A stretch of DNA of 64,000 nucleotides from an uncultured cyanobacterium (lineage in GTDB: Bacteria > Cyanobacteriota > Cyanobacteriia > Phormidesmidales > Phormidesmidaceae). Shown here piece after piece: positions 1 to 10,180 of the stretch. How positions within the stretch are numbered: the stretch's first letter is position 1; every line of letters begins with the position of its first letter. The notes below the pieces were generated by a model that saw nothing but the letters and a program-made list of their open reading frames with translations, was not told where the DNA came from and did not search any database. The DNA is taken from contig CAWBZI010000004.1 of assembly GCA_963793265.1 (NCBI GenBank), forward strand, positions 128,001-192,000, in the 5' to 3' direction. A program made the position numbers and the translations under genes.

Positions 1-1055
1 GCGATCGCATCTCCTACAGCCTCCAATCCTTTCTCTCCAAACACCTCATATACCGCTTCCATCCCAATCCCTTCTTTCAGCCGCAGGCCCACCATAAAAC
101 TCTCTAGCACCTGCTCCTGTGGGGATATTGCCGGATCTTGTGTGTGGCCGTTTTGCTGAACGAACTGTTCTACCCAGGCGCGGTAAGTGGTCTGAGTGCG
201 GGGGCGATCGCATCGCTGATGATCGATGTAGCTGGTCGCGCCCATACCGAAGCCGTAGTAAGGCTGGCTTTTCCAGTAGGTGAGGTTATGCCGGGCCGGG
301 TAGCCGGGTTTGGCGTAGTTACAAATTTCGTAGTGGTCGTAGCCGTGAGCGCTTAGGTAAGACTGGGCCATGCGGTACATGCTGGCGGTGTTTTCGTCAC
401 TGGGTAGGGGCGCTTGGCCGGGGGTGAAGTAGCGGGAAAAGGCGGTTTGGGGCTCGACGATTAGATCGTATTGGGAGATGTGGGTGGGGGTGAGGGCGAT
501 CGCTTCTGATAAGGAAGCCTGCCAGGTTTCTAGCGTTTGATACGGGAGCCCAGACATAAGATCGAGGCTGATATTTGCAATGTTTGCTTGGTGCAAAAGC
601 TCGACGCTTTGGTGAATATCTTGGCGGCGATGGAAGCGACCGCTGGCGGCTAATACCTCGTCGTGAAAGTCTTGTGCGCCTAAGCTAACCCGGTTGATAC
701 CTGCGGCTCGGTAGCCCTGCATGTGGATTAGATCGAACGTGGCAGGGTCGGCTTCCATGGAAATTTCGGCGGTGGGGGCGATGCCGAAGCGGTTGTCTAC
801 TGCGCTCAGAATTTCTTCTAGCTGAGGCACTGAGAGTAATGAGGGCGTGCCGCCGCCGAAGAATACGGTTTCTAGGGGCGTATTTGGCTGAGTTATGGGG
901 GTGGCTTGAATTTCTTTGATGAGGGTTTGGGTGTATTGTGCGATCGCCCCAGAGGTGTCACCCCGCTTGGTATCTCCTACGACTGAAATTGCAAAATCGC
1001 AGTAAAAGCAGCGCCGACGACAAAAGGGAATATGGATGTAAGCTGACTTTGCCAA
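1..1055 (-). CDS. hemW: Radical SAM heme chaperone HemW (HemN-like); 3' end runs off the window
   Basis: Not in the ORF track; translated by hand: SAYIHIPFCRRRCFYCDF, TVFFGGGTPS, RVSLGAQDF, HYEICNYA, HNLTYW. TTG start at 1055 inferred (in-frame stop upstream, no ATG). Confidence 0.9.
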   Translation of the reverse strand, partial: MAKSAYIHIPFCRRRCFYCDFAISVVGDTKRGDTSGAIAQYTQTLIKEIQATPITQPNTPLETVFFGGGTPSLLSVPQLEEILSAVDNRFGIAPTAEISMEADPATFDLIHMQGYRAAGINRVSLGAQDFHDEVLAASGRFHRRQDIHQSVELLHQANIANISLDLMSGLPYQTLETWQASLSEAIALTPTHISQYDLIVEPQTAFSRYFTPGQAPLPSDENTASMYRMAQSYLSAHGYDHYEICNYAKPGYPARHNLTYWKSQPYYGFGMGATSYIDHQRCDRPRTQTTYRAWVEQFVQQNGHTQDPAISPQEQVLESFMVGLRLKEGIGMEAVYEVFGEKGLEAVGDAI

Positions 1056-1323
1056 AGGCTTTTGCTTGCTGGTGAGTTCTTTGCTGATGGGTTCTTTACG
1101 AGTGAGTTATGTAGATCCTATGGAGGACTATGATTTGCAAGATTACAAAAAAAGAGATAAAGGGAGCGATTGTGAACCCAACCCCTATAATAGCCGTAAT
1201 CATAATCGCATCAATGCTTTAGCGCGTGTTAGCAGGTCTTTCTGAATCCGCTTACCTACACACACTTCAGCAGTTTTAGAAGCGGCATTTCACTAGGTGC
1301 TTAACCGGCCTCATTCATAACTT

Positions 1324-2409
1324 ATGCTCGACGCACTAATCATATTTTCATTCGTTTTAACTGGCGCAGGCATCGGCTTCTACAGCGTCGATTTTTTGCC
1401 CGACTCCGCGCTTCAGCAAGTCACTAATATCGAAGGCTTAGAGTCTGTAACCGGCGGCTTTGGTGCTCTCATCGGCGTGGGCGTGGGCCTAGTCGTGCAA
1501 ACCAGCTATCGACGGCTAGAGCGGCAAATCAAAGGTATGACGCCTGACTTACTGCTGGCGCGCGCGGTGGGCTTAGTCATTGGCTTGCTGATTGCTAACC
1601 TCATGCTAGCGCCTTTGTTTTTGCTGCCCATTCCTGAGAAATTTGGCTTTGTAAAACCAGTAACGGCAGTGATGGGCAGCTTGCTATTTGCCGTCTCAGG
1701 TATGTCATTGGCTGAGACGAACGGCAGAGCGCTGCTACGGCTGATTAATCCGAACAGCTACGAGACGATGCTGATTAACGAAGGCACGCTCAAGCCTGCG
1801 AAGAGTAAAGTACTCGATACAAGCTGCATTATTGACGGGCGCATTGAAGACCTATTACAAACCGGCTTTATTGATGGTCAGCTCGTGCTGCCGCAGTTTG
1901 TTTTGCAAGAGCTACAGCGCGTTGCCGACTCGGCCAGCGATCAGAAGCGAGCACGGGGAAGACGCGGCCTAGACATTATCAATCGTATTCGCGAGCAGTA
2001 TCCCGACCGCGTAATCATCGACCCGGCTGACTATGAAGACATCAACGCGGTTGATTCTAAGCTAGTGAAGTTGGCTCAGGAAATGAATGCGCAGCTACTA
2101 ACGAATGACTACAACTTGAATAAAGTTGCTAGCGTTCAGCAGGTAAGCGTATTGAACATCAACGACTTAGCAAAAGCAATTCGGCCTACTTACCTACCAG
2201 GCGATGACATTGAAATTAGAGTGCTCAAAGAAGGTAAAGAGCCTTCTCAAGGCGTGGGCTATTTAAATGACGGTACGATGGTGGTAGTCGAAGAAGGTCA
2301 TGACTTCATTGGTGACGACTTGCTAGTAGTGGTTACGGGCGCACTACAAACGTCTGCGGGCCGAATGATTTTTGCGCGGCCTAACCGTACGGCGATGGCG
2401 TCTTCTTAA
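1324..2409 (+). CDS. Membrane PIN/TRAM domain protein (YacL family)
   Basis: N-terminal TM helices; PIN motifs LDTSCIIDGRI and LLTNDYNL; TRAM motif GKEPSQGVGYLNDGTMVVVE..SAGRMIFA. Confidence 0.9.
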   Translation: MLDALIIFSFVLTGAGIGFYSVDFLPDSALQQVTNIEGLESVTGGFGALIGVGVGLVVQTSYRRLERQIKGMTPDLLLARAVGLVIGLLIANLMLAPLFLLPIPEKFGFVKPVTAVMGSLLFAVSGMSLAETNGRALLRLINPNSYETMLINEGTLKPAKSKVLDTSCIIDGRIEDLLQTGFIDGQLVLPQFVLQELQRVADSASDQKRARGRRGLDIINRIREQYPDRVIIDPADYEDINAVDSKLVKLAQEMNAQLLTNDYNLNKVASVQQVSVLNINDLAKAIRPTYLPGDDIEIRVLKEGKEPSQGVGYLNDGTMVVVEEGHDFIGDDLLVVVTGALQTSAGRMIFARPNRTAMASS

Positions 2410-2470
2410 GCACTATTGACATAACCATTAGTAACTACATGGCCCTGTATTGCTGAAGAAGGGTATACGA

Positions 2471-2683
2471 ATGTGCGCTACTTATCATTTGAATACTGAT
2501 GAAATCGATCAGGCTTTCTTGGAAGATTTGAAGGCTACCTTTGGAGAAAAGAGAATACAGATCGTTGTACATGAAATTGGCGAAACTGAATACTTGCTAA
2601 AATCCGACGCTAATAGAGAAAGACTCCTCACCGCAAAATCTAATATTGAACAAGGCAAGAACCTAGTCGTCGTAAATCTTTAG
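2471..2683 (+). CDS. Small protein resembling the C-terminal half of YefM/Axe-type antitoxins
   Basis: ETEYLLKSDANRERLL..NIEQGK resembles the YefM motif ETxYLLxSPxNxxRL; ATG at 2471 preferred over TTG at 2450. Confidence 0.55.
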   Translation: MCATYHLNTDEIDQAFLEDLKATFGEKRIQIVVHEIGETEYLLKSDANRERLLTAKSNIEQGKNLVVVNL

Positions 2684-2696
2684 AATGCAGGGCGGG

Positions 2697-3320
2697 TTAT
2701 TTTTGTAAGTTGAAAAAATATTCTGAGCCTGCGCAGTACTTTAAAATGCCAAGTAGCTTGCCAACATCACTAAGATAATACTCATCTAAGTCAGCTTCTA
2801 CAGTGTTTCCTTGCATCTGTAGAAATTTCCAGTTGCTGCCAGTTGTGACCACACCATAGACAGTCGAAACTGAATTCTGCTGGCGCTCATTGAAGATCTG
2901 CGCGGCAACCATTTCAGCAATACACTGCCCTAGTCCAGAGGCGATGTTGTCATTTTTTGCTTCAACAATTGTAATTACGGGCGATTTGATAAAGAGCTGT
3001 TCAGGAGAGCGGCTGATTAGAAAGTCGCAAAAGCCAGTAAGTCCTCTGATCGGCTCTACGTTAAATTCTTTACCTGAAAAAAGGCTGACATGACCAGATA
3101 ATTGCTGCTTCAGCTCAAATAAGATGGGTGCGATAATAAATTCTGAACGCGATTTTTCGGTGCCAATGGCAATGGCTAAGGGGCTGTACTGCTCTAGTAG
3201 TTGCGCTAGCAGGTCGCTGTAGGTAGTTGCCGGAATGTGGCTGAACAAGTGCTGCCGATCCTGCAATTGAACGCCTAGCTCGCTCTGAACGTTTTCAATG
3301 CTGAACTGACTATAGGGCAT
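2697..3320 (-). CDS. Cyanobacterial PD-(D/E)xK restriction-endonuclease-like hypothetical protein
   Basis: EKSRSEFIIAPIL, GFCDFL, IVEAK, GLGQCIAEMVAAQ, YGVVTTGSNWKF. Confidence 0.75.
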   Translation of the reverse strand: MPYSQFSIENVQSELGVQLQDRQHLFSHIPATTYSDLLAQLLEQYSPLAIAIGTEKSRSEFIIAPILFELKQQLSGHVSLFSGKEFNVEPIRGLTGFCDFLISRSPEQLFIKSPVITIVEAKNDNIASGLGQCIAEMVAAQIFNERQQNSVSTVYGVVTTGSNWKFLQMQGNTVEADLDEYYLSDVGKLLGILKYCAGSEYFFNLQK

Positions 3321-3368
3321 AGATAATTAGTACCACAGGTTCTTTCTTGAAGCATACATTACGCAGCT

Positions 3369-4025
3369 TTGGCTCTACCTATGACTAACAGAAATGGTTA
3401 CTCTATTAAAAGATGGACGCTAAGGGCCGGGATTTCTGTTCTTGTGCTAGGTGTCGGTCTTCCATTTCTTCAGGCAACTGTACTTCCAGCAGCTTTCGGT
3501 CTTGGCACTTCACTTTTATGGATTGTCGTTATTCCGGTGTCATTGATAATTGGAATTGTTTGTATTGTTTTAGGTCTTCTTTCGCCAATAGGGGAAGCTG
3601 TTTCTACCTTTCGCCTTTTGTTTTTGCTCGTTGGTGGACTACACCTATCTTTATTGTTGTTCTTGACTGGTAGCCTCTCTTGGAATGCTGTCATTGGGCC
3701 GTCTGCAAAGATTATTATTCCGAATGAGTTTAAGGGTCATTTCTTGATAGTTATAGATGACTTCACAGAGCCATCGCTGATGGCAACAGCCGGACGCAAG
3801 TACCTGTATAAGATTCCAGAGAACGGCAAACTCCGAGTTGATCAGGGCTGGATTGCTTTACATTTCGCGTTCGAGGATGGGTATAACGTTCTAGGTAGAC
3901 AGTATATGGTTCAGATTGTTCGCCGTAATGGTACACCGCTAAAATCTAGCGAGTTTGATTGTATGTGGCTAGCTGAGCCGGTAGGGCAGGGAATAGACTG
4001 CGATGTTCAACCCTTGTTAAATTAG
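3369..4025 (+). CDS. Hypothetical membrane protein (about 3 TM helices plus a soluble C-terminal domain)
   Basis: 218-aa ORF with hydrophobic N-terminal half; AT-richer than its neighbours; start may be ATG at 3381. Confidence 0.6.
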   Translation: MALPMTNRNGYSIKRWTLRAGISVLVLGVGLPFLQATVLPAAFGLGTSLLWIVVIPVSLIIGIVCIVLGLLSPIGEAVSTFRLLFLLVGGLHLSLLLFLTGSLSWNAVIGPSAKIIIPNEFKGHFLIVIDDFTEPSLMATAGRKYLYKIPENGKLRVDQGWIALHFAFEDGYNVLGRQYMVQIVRRNGTPLKSSEFDCMWLAEPVGQGIDCDVQPLLN

Positions 4026-5225
4026 CATTCCGGCGATGCAGGCGGTCATAAAGCAGGCGAGGGTGCCTGCGACCATGGCGCGGAAGCCAATGCGGGCTAA
4101 GTCGGCGCGGCGGTTGGGGGCCATGCCGCCGATGCCGCCAATTTGAATGCCAATAGAGCCGATGTTGGCAAAGCCGCAGAGGGCGTAGGTGGCGATGATG
4201 GCGGCGCGTTCGGAGATGGCGTTGTCTTCAATGAGAGTTTGCAAGTCCAGGTAGGCGATGAATTCGTTGAGGACTGTTTTTTTGCCGAGGAGCGCACCGA
4301 CTGCGGCGCAGTCTGTCCAGGGGACGCCCATGAGCCAGGCGACGGGGGCAAGGAGGGCGGCGAGGATGATTTCTAGAGAGAAATTAGGGAAGCCGAATAG
4401 GCCACCGATGAAGCCGAGGAGGGCATTGAAGGCGGCGAGGAGGGCGAGAAAAGCGATGATGAGTGCGCCGATGTTGAGGGCGAGTCTGAGGCCGTCCAGG
4501 GCTCCGGCGGCGATCGCATCAATCCCATTCGCCGTTGTCTTCTCTACCTCAATACTTACCTTGCCCCGCGTTGGCGACACCTCCGTCTCAGGAAACATAA
4601 TTTTCGAGATCGCCAGCGCTGCTGGGGCGGACATCACCGACGCTGCGATGAGGTGATTGGCGGGAATGCCGAAGCCTACATAAGCTGCAAGCACCCCCCC
4701 TGCGACGGTTGCAAAGCCGCCTGTCATAACGGCGTGAAGTTCTGAAAGCGTCATTGTCGCCACGTAGGGTTTGATGAGCAAAGGCGCTTCGGTTTGGCCG
4801 ACGAAGATGTTGCCTGCGGCTGAGAGGGTTTCGGAGCCGGAAGTTTTCATGGTTCGCATCATGGTCAAGGCGATCGCCTGCACGGCCTTTTGCAATATGC
4901 CGTAGTGGTAAAGCAGGCTGATGAAGGCGGAGAAGAAAATGACGGTGGGCAGCACTTTAAAGGCGAAAAAGAAGTCTTGAAAGTTTTCACCGAAGACAAA
5001 AGATGCGCCTGCATCTGAGTAGTCGAGAAAGGCGCTGACGCGATCGCCTAGCCACCGAAATATCGCCAGACCCACAGCGGTGCGAAGGATAAAAAGCGCA
5101 AAGATGAGCTGAAGAGCCAGACCCCAAAGCACTGGCCGCCAGCGAATAGCCGAGCGGTTGACTGAGGTGAGGTAGGCGAATGCGATGAAAACACCTAAGC
5201 CTAAAAGCGCGATGAGTCTTTCCAT
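4017..5225 (-). CDS. nupC: CNT-family (NupC) concentrative nucleoside transporter
   Basis: GNIFVGQTEAPL, MTGGFATVAGGV, NEFIAY, YALCGFANIGSIGIQIGG. Confidence 0.93.
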   Translation of the reverse strand: MERLIALLGLGVFIAFAYLTSVNRSAIRWRPVLWGLALQLIFALFILRTAVGLAIFRWLGDRVSAFLDYSDAGASFVFGENFQDFFFAFKVLPTVIFFSAFISLLYHYGILQKAVQAIALTMMRTMKTSGSETLSAAGNIFVGQTEAPLLIKPYVATMTLSELHAVMTGGFATVAGGVLAAYVGFGIPANHLIAASVMSAPAALAISKIMFPETEVSPTRGKVSIEVEKTTANGIDAIAAGALDGLRLALNIGALIIAFLALLAAFNALLGFIGGLFGFPNFSLEIILAALLAPVAWLMGVPWTDCAAVGALLGKKTVLNEFIAYLDLQTLIEDNAISERAAIIATYALCGFANIGSIGIQIGGIGGMAPNRRADLARIGFRAMVAGTLACFMTACIAGMLI

Positions 5226-5278
5226 AAGGTTTTTGATGGGTAGAGCTATGGCTACTTTGCCATGTGCCTACTTTTACC

Positions 5279-7000
5279 TTAAATCTGCAAGGTAAGCTGC
5301 CCGCTGTTAGACGCTGCCTGCCGCTGTTTGAGGTTTTGCTTTTTGGCGAACTGCTCGCGTTTAGGATTGCGCTGCCAGCCACCGCTGACGATAAACCACG
5401 TGCGGAGCTGCTTTATCTGCTGCTTGCCAAGGCTATCGAGATCTAGGGCCAGCGGGAAAAGATCCGCCGTGGGCCGCTGTGCCCAACTGACATCACTGGG
5501 AAAAAGATCCGCGCCGAAGGGGGTGACATCTGCGGGCATACGGGTGACAAGATCGACAACGTTGGGACTGTGAATGATATCGTGGCGCTGTTCGTCAATG
5601 AGGCGGGCGCGGCGGTTTCTGGCTTCTAGATAGTTCAGGATGGGAGACGGATAGCCTTTGACGGTGGGCGGGGAGCCGAGCTGTTCGGGCTTGAGGTGGG
5701 CCAGTTCGGGGAGCCAGTGGTGGATGAATTTGCCCTGTGGATCGCAGCGGTCGATGGCTTCTTGTTCGGGGTTGTAGATGCGAATCCAGGTTTGGTTGAG
5801 GCAGTGGGTGACGCCTGCCTGCTGCGCCCACTGGTAATGGTCGATGGGGCAGTCGCCGTCGATGAGGTGGCGCATAAAGTGGAGCGCGCCGTAGCGCCAG
5901 TCGATGCCGAGGAGGTTGCATAAGAAGCTGGCGTAGAGGGCGCGAATGCGGAAGTTAAGCGCGAGCCAGCCGCCTGTGGCCTGCAGGCAGCGGGCGGCAG
6001 CGTCAACGATGGGGAAGCCGGTGTGGCCGTTTTTCCAGGCGTCGTAGTGGGCCTGATTGAACTGCCAGCCGCCGTTTTGGTAGCCGCTGGTGAACCGGGT
6101 TTTTGGCTGGGTGCGCTCAAAGGGGGTGTAGAGCGATCGCACTTCTGCCTGGGGCAGGTATCGAAATCGCTGGGTAAAGCCGCTGCTCCATCTCAGCCTG
6201 GAAATCACGTGATGGCAGCTTCTTTGAACGCGCTTATTGTCTTTCCACTGCGGATCTGCCTGTCGCTGCCATATGGCCTGGGCGCTTTCGCGAATGGAGA
6301 TGGCTCCGTATTTTATATATGGGCTAAGGCCGGTGGTGGCGTTGGCATGAGGGTATGAGAGCTGCCAGTAGTAGTTCTCGGCTTTGCGCTGGTCGAAGAA
6401 TGCGTCGATGAGCTTTTTGGCTTCGGTGGTGCCGCCGGGCGGAATGAAGCTGCTGGTGCTGTGGTGGCCGACTTCTTGAAGCGTGGGTAGTGAATCTGAG
6501 GGAATATCGGGTGGGACGTTGATGTGCTGAGGGGTGGGGATGAGTGGCGATCGCATATCTCGATACCACTGCTGCCGGTAGTCGGGATAGTCGATGAGTT
6601 CGGCGGTAGTGCCGGGGGGCTCGAACCAGCGAATTTTGATATTTTCTTGAGCGATCGCCCGGTTCAAATTAGCGTCACGCACGCGGCCATAGATGCGCTC
6701 AACGTCTGTGTAGCTATAGATGCCGTCAGCGTCTGTAGCTTTGACGAGCTGCGGGAGGACGGTGACCGGATCGCCTGCACGTAAAATTAGCCTGCCGCCT
6801 CGCGATCGCAGGTCTTGATCAAGCGATTTGAGGCAGTCAAGCATGAAGCGTACTCTACCTGCGCCGGTTTCGGGATGTAGCAGTAGCGCCCGGTCGAAGA
6901 CAAAAACTGGAATGACTAAGCCGCGCCGGGCGGCTCTGTAAAGTGGTTCGTGATCGCTAATGCGTAAATCGCGACGAAACCAAACTAGCGTGCGGTTCAT
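5279..7000 (-). CDS. Photolyase/cryptochrome family FAD-binding protein with C-terminal extension
   Basis: WFRRDLRISDH, TGLSPYIKYGAIS, WKNGHTGFPIVDAA, FMRHLIDGD, RIYNP. Confidence 0.88.
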   Translation of the reverse strand: MNRTLVWFRRDLRISDHEPLYRAARRGLVIPVFVFDRALLLHPETGAGRVRFMLDCLKSLDQDLRSRGGRLILRAGDPVTVLPQLVKATDADGIYSYTDVERIYGRVRDANLNRAIAQENIKIRWFEPPGTTAELIDYPDYRQQWYRDMRSPLIPTPQHINVPPDIPSDSLPTLQEVGHHSTSSFIPPGGTTEAKKLIDAFFDQRKAENYYWQLSYPHANATTGLSPYIKYGAISIRESAQAIWQRQADPQWKDNKRVQRSCHHVISRLRWSSGFTQRFRYLPQAEVRSLYTPFERTQPKTRFTSGYQNGGWQFNQAHYDAWKNGHTGFPIVDAAARCLQATGGWLALNFRIRALYASFLCNLLGIDWRYGALHFMRHLIDGDCPIDHYQWAQQAGVTHCLNQTWIRIYNPEQEAIDRCDPQGKFIHHWLPELAHLKPEQLGSPPTVKGYPSPILNYLEARNRRARLIDEQRHDIIHSPNVVDLVTRMPADVTPFGADLFPSDVSWAQRPTADLFPLALDLDSLGKQQIKQLRTWFIVSGGWQRNPKREQFAKKQNLKQRQAASNSGQLTLQI

Positions 7001-7073
7001 AGGTCATCTGTTTACGTTCTTCTACTCTAAGCAAGATTTCAGAATTCAGCAGCGCGGCTAGTGGATATATAAG

Positions 7074-9038
7074 TTACGACTTTGTTCTTAGGCCGTATTT
7101 TTTGGAGCGTTTTGCGATCTCCTTAGGCTTAGATCTATTCTTTGCAGGCGGCTTTGCAGGAATAACGATAGGCTGAATGGCTTCTTCAATTTTCCCAAGG
7201 CAACCATCCCAGTCGCCTGCGGGGCGGCTCAGCAGTGCGATCACCTCAGCCGCAGGAACGGCCTTTTGAAATAAGTACCCCTGACCGTACTCACAGCCTA
7301 GCTGCTGCAGTTGTCGGAGCTGAGTTGTGTTTTCGATGCCCTCAGCGACAACCTGCATCCCCATCGTTTTAGCGATGTTGGCGATGAGAGGTACGACGCC
7401 TAAGCTGCTGGGTTCGGCTGTAATCGGATGAACGAAAGAGCGATCAACCTTGAGGCAGTTGACGGGTAGCGTATGAAGATAGCTAAGCGCTGAGTAGCCA
7501 GTGCCGAAGTCGTCGATGCTGATTCTGATGTCCTGGCTTTGAAGGGTGCGCAATACTTCATCAACGAAGGCTCGGTTGTTGATAATAGAGCGCTCGGTGA
7601 GTTCTAAGTGAATGCGATGAGAGTGGATGCCTGCGCTTTCAATAATGGTTTGCACGCGGCTTAAGATATTGGGCTGTAAAAGCTGCTGAGCAGCTACGTT
7701 GACGCTGACGGTGATGTGCTCGCCAATCTGATTAGCCTGTTCCCAGGCGGCGATCTGCTCGCAGGTCATTGACAAAATTAGCTCGCCAAGCGGCACGATT
7801 AGGCCAGTGTCTTCGGCAAAGCTGATAAATTCGTTGGGAGGAACGAGTCCTTTGGTGGGATGGTGCCATCTGACGAGCGCTTCAAAGCCAACGATTTCTA
7901 GCTGGTAGAGGTTGACGATGGGCTGGTAGTAAATTTCAAATTCTTTGCGCTCAATAGCCTGTCTAAGATCGGTTTCGAGCTGAAGCAGGTGCACTTCTTT
8001 GCGGTGCATGTCTGACTCGAACCAGCGGTATCGGCTGCGGCTACAGCCTTTGGCCTGGTACATGGCAACGTCGGCGTCGCGTAGCAGATGCTCGGCGGCG
8101 GTGTAGCCGATATCACCCCAAACTAAGCCGATGCTGGCGTCGATGAAGATTTCACGCCCGGCCAGGGTGAAGGGGCAAGAGATGGCGGTAAGCACTGACT
8201 GGGCGATCGCTTCTACCTCGTCGCGATCGCTAATATTGGCGAGTAAAAACGCAAACTCGTCGCCGCCAAAGCGCGCAGCAGTATCGATCACGCCTTGGTC
8301 ACGCTGAATTTTGCACAGGCGGCGAGCAACGCCTTTGAGGAGCTGATCGCCGACTCTATGGCCGAGCGAGTCGTTGATGCGTTTGAAGCGATCGCAGTCT
8401 AAAAAAACTACGGCAAAGTGCGCCTCTGGATGCGTGGTGGCATGCGCCATAATTTTGCTCAGGCGCTTCACAAACGCAAGCCGGTTTGGCAATCTCGTTA
8501 GCCGGTCAGTCAGCGTGCCTTCTAGTAGCTGACTATTGGCAAGTTTTAATAGCTGAGTGCGCTCTTCTACCTTTTGCTCAAGCGCCTGATGCTGCCGCTG
8601 CTGCACCTGTCTATCGACCTGCAGGGCAATTTGATGGCGTACTCTTGCTAAGACTTCTTCTGCCTGAAAAGGCTTGGTCACGTAGTCAGCAGCGCCATTT
8701 TGAAAGGCTTGAACCTTGTCAAAAGGGGCATCTAAAGCGCTAAGGAAGATAATTGGAATGGTGGCTGTTTCTGGCTGTGATCGGAGCTGCGCACAGACCG
8801 CATAGCCGTCCATTCCTGGCATCATAATGTCTAGCAAAATCACCGTAGGACGATGCTTTAGCGCCAGCGCAACGGCAGTAGACCCGTCCTGAGCTTCATA
8901 GACTTGATAGCCTGTTTTCGTGAGTAGTTTGGAGAGCACAAAGCGATTAGTGGGCGTGTCATCGACGACTAAAACACGGCCCATATAGCTAAACTCAGAA
9001 TTAGATACATTTAAATGATTCAGCAAGGTTTCGTCCAA
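7074..9038 (-). CDS. REC-GGDEF-EAL c-di-GMP signalling protein
   Basis: Receiver VLVVDD..LLDIMMP..KPF; ARFGGDEF; FEALVRW; DDFGTGYS; EGIE; QGYLF. Confidence 0.93.
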   Translation of the reverse strand: MDETLLNHLNVSNSEFSYMGRVLVVDDTPTNRFVLSKLLTKTGYQVYEAQDGSTAVALALKHRPTVILLDIMMPGMDGYAVCAQLRSQPETATIPIIFLSALDAPFDKVQAFQNGAADYVTKPFQAEEVLARVRHQIALQVDRQVQQRQHQALEQKVEERTQLLKLANSQLLEGTLTDRLTRLPNRLAFVKRLSKIMAHATTHPEAHFAVVFLDCDRFKRINDSLGHRVGDQLLKGVARRLCKIQRDQGVIDTAARFGGDEFAFLLANISDRDEVEAIAQSVLTAISCPFTLAGREIFIDASIGLVWGDIGYTAAEHLLRDADVAMYQAKGCSRSRYRWFESDMHRKEVHLLQLETDLRQAIERKEFEIYYQPIVNLYQLEIVGFEALVRWHHPTKGLVPPNEFISFAEDTGLIVPLGELILSMTCEQIAAWEQANQIGEHITVSVNVAAQQLLQPNILSRVQTIIESAGIHSHRIHLELTERSIINNRAFVDEVLRTLQSQDIRISIDDFGTGYSALSYLHTLPVNCLKVDRSFVHPITAEPSSLGVVPLIANIAKTMGMQVVAEGIENTTQLRQLQQLGCEYGQGYLFQKAVPAAEVIALLSRPAGDWDGCLGKIEEAIQPIVIPAKPPAKNRSKPKEIAKRSKKYGLRTKS

Positions 9039-9241
9039 AGAGAGCCGGACACGCGCGCTCGATAACTTAGCTTTTACAATGGCTAAGTGTATCTAAATAC
9101 AGACACTAATCAGCCTTATTCTCTAATTTTTTAGCTTTTTAAAAGGGTTAAGTAGAATTTTAGGCAGCTTTTGTTTCGCTACAGCTAATCGCTATTGATT
9201 GTTTAAGACTAATGCAGGCAGGCTATAATCCGAGCTATTTG

Positions 9242-9721
9242 TTAAGCTGCGTTGTCTTTTACAACTGTTTCTAAAAGGTTTTTACAGGCGTCGGTGAGCA
9301 GAGCAATAACGTAGTCAAAGCCAGCTTCTCCGCCGTAGTAAGGGTCAGGAACTTCTTCGTCGCTATGAGCCAAACAATACGCGCACATGAGCTTTACTTT
9401 GTGCGCGTATTGTTTATTCACGTCTAAAGATAGGATATCGCGATAGTTGCTGCGATCCATCGCCAATATCAAATCGTAGTCTTCAAAGTCTGCGGTGGTG
9501 AACTGCCGGGCACTACCGGCTAGCGTAATGCCCTGACGCTGAGCGGCAGTGTTCATGCGGCGATCGGGGGCGCTGCCGACATGATAGCTAGCGGTACCCG
9601 CAGAGTCGCAGACAACTTTGTCGGTGAGGTCTTGCTGCTTGATCAGGTGGTTCATGATGTTCTCCGCAGACGGAGAACGACAGATGTTGCCTAAGCAGAC
9701 AAAGAGAAGCCGGGTGACCAT
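9242..9721 (-). CDS. Low-molecular-weight protein-tyrosine phosphatase
   Basis: FVCLGNICRSP P-loop; VPDPYYG. Confidence 0.95.
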   Translation of the reverse strand: MVTRLLFVCLGNICRSPSAENIMNHLIKQQDLTDKVVCDSAGTASYHVGSAPDRRMNTAAQRQGITLAGSARQFTTADFEDYDLILAMDRSNYRDILSLDVNKQYAHKVKLMCAYCLAHSDEEVPDPYYGGEAGFDYVIALLTDACKNLLETVVKDNAA

Positions 9722-9771
9722 AACAGCAAAGAAAAAAGCAATAAGAAGAAAGATTTAGTCGCAGGCAATTT

Positions 9772-10116
9772 TTACAGGCCAGGTAGCTGAAGACCCCCGG
9801 TGAGTTCTTCCATTTGTTCGCGCATGGTGGCGGTGGATTTGTTGTAAGCGTCAAGCATCGCGGCTTTGACCAAATCAGAGAGAACCTCAGCGCCTTCACC
9901 CAAGGCGGCTTCTGAAATAACAACGTTGCGAGGCTCCTGGTTGCCGCTCATGGTAACTTTCACCATATCGCCACCAGCGGTACCTTCAATCTCCATTTGT
10001 TCTAGTTCTGCTTGCAGGCGCTGGGCTCCTTCTTGAACCTGCTGCGCTTTTTGAAAGGCTTCTTTGAGTTCTTTCATTTTGCCGAGTCCGAAGCCGAATC
10101 CTTGCCCTTTAGTCAT
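9772..10116 (-). CDS. ybaB: YbaB/EbfC nucleoid-associated protein
   Basis: [33 protein letters not shown]. Confidence 0.92.
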   Translation of the reverse strand: MTKGQGFGFGLGKMKELKEAFQKAQQVQEGAQRLQAELEQMEIEGTAGGDMVKVTMSGNQEPRNVVISEAALGEGAEVLSDLVKAAMLDAYNKSTATMREQMEELTGGLQLPGL

Positions 10117-10151
10117 GATTTGGTGGTTTATTACAATAAATTGACTGTCAA

Positions 10152-10160
10152 ACTATAGCA
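10152..10160 (-). promoter_or_regulatory. Possible extended -10 promoter (TGcTATAGT) for ybaB
   Basis: Minus-strand TGCTATAGT about 35 nt upstream of the ybaB ATG; motif match only. Confidence 0.3.
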
Positions 10161-10180
10161 CTGGGGTGAAGTTTCGTTGA

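Noticed and set aside
138..356. 72-aa + strand ORF
   Set aside because: Antisense shadow of hemW
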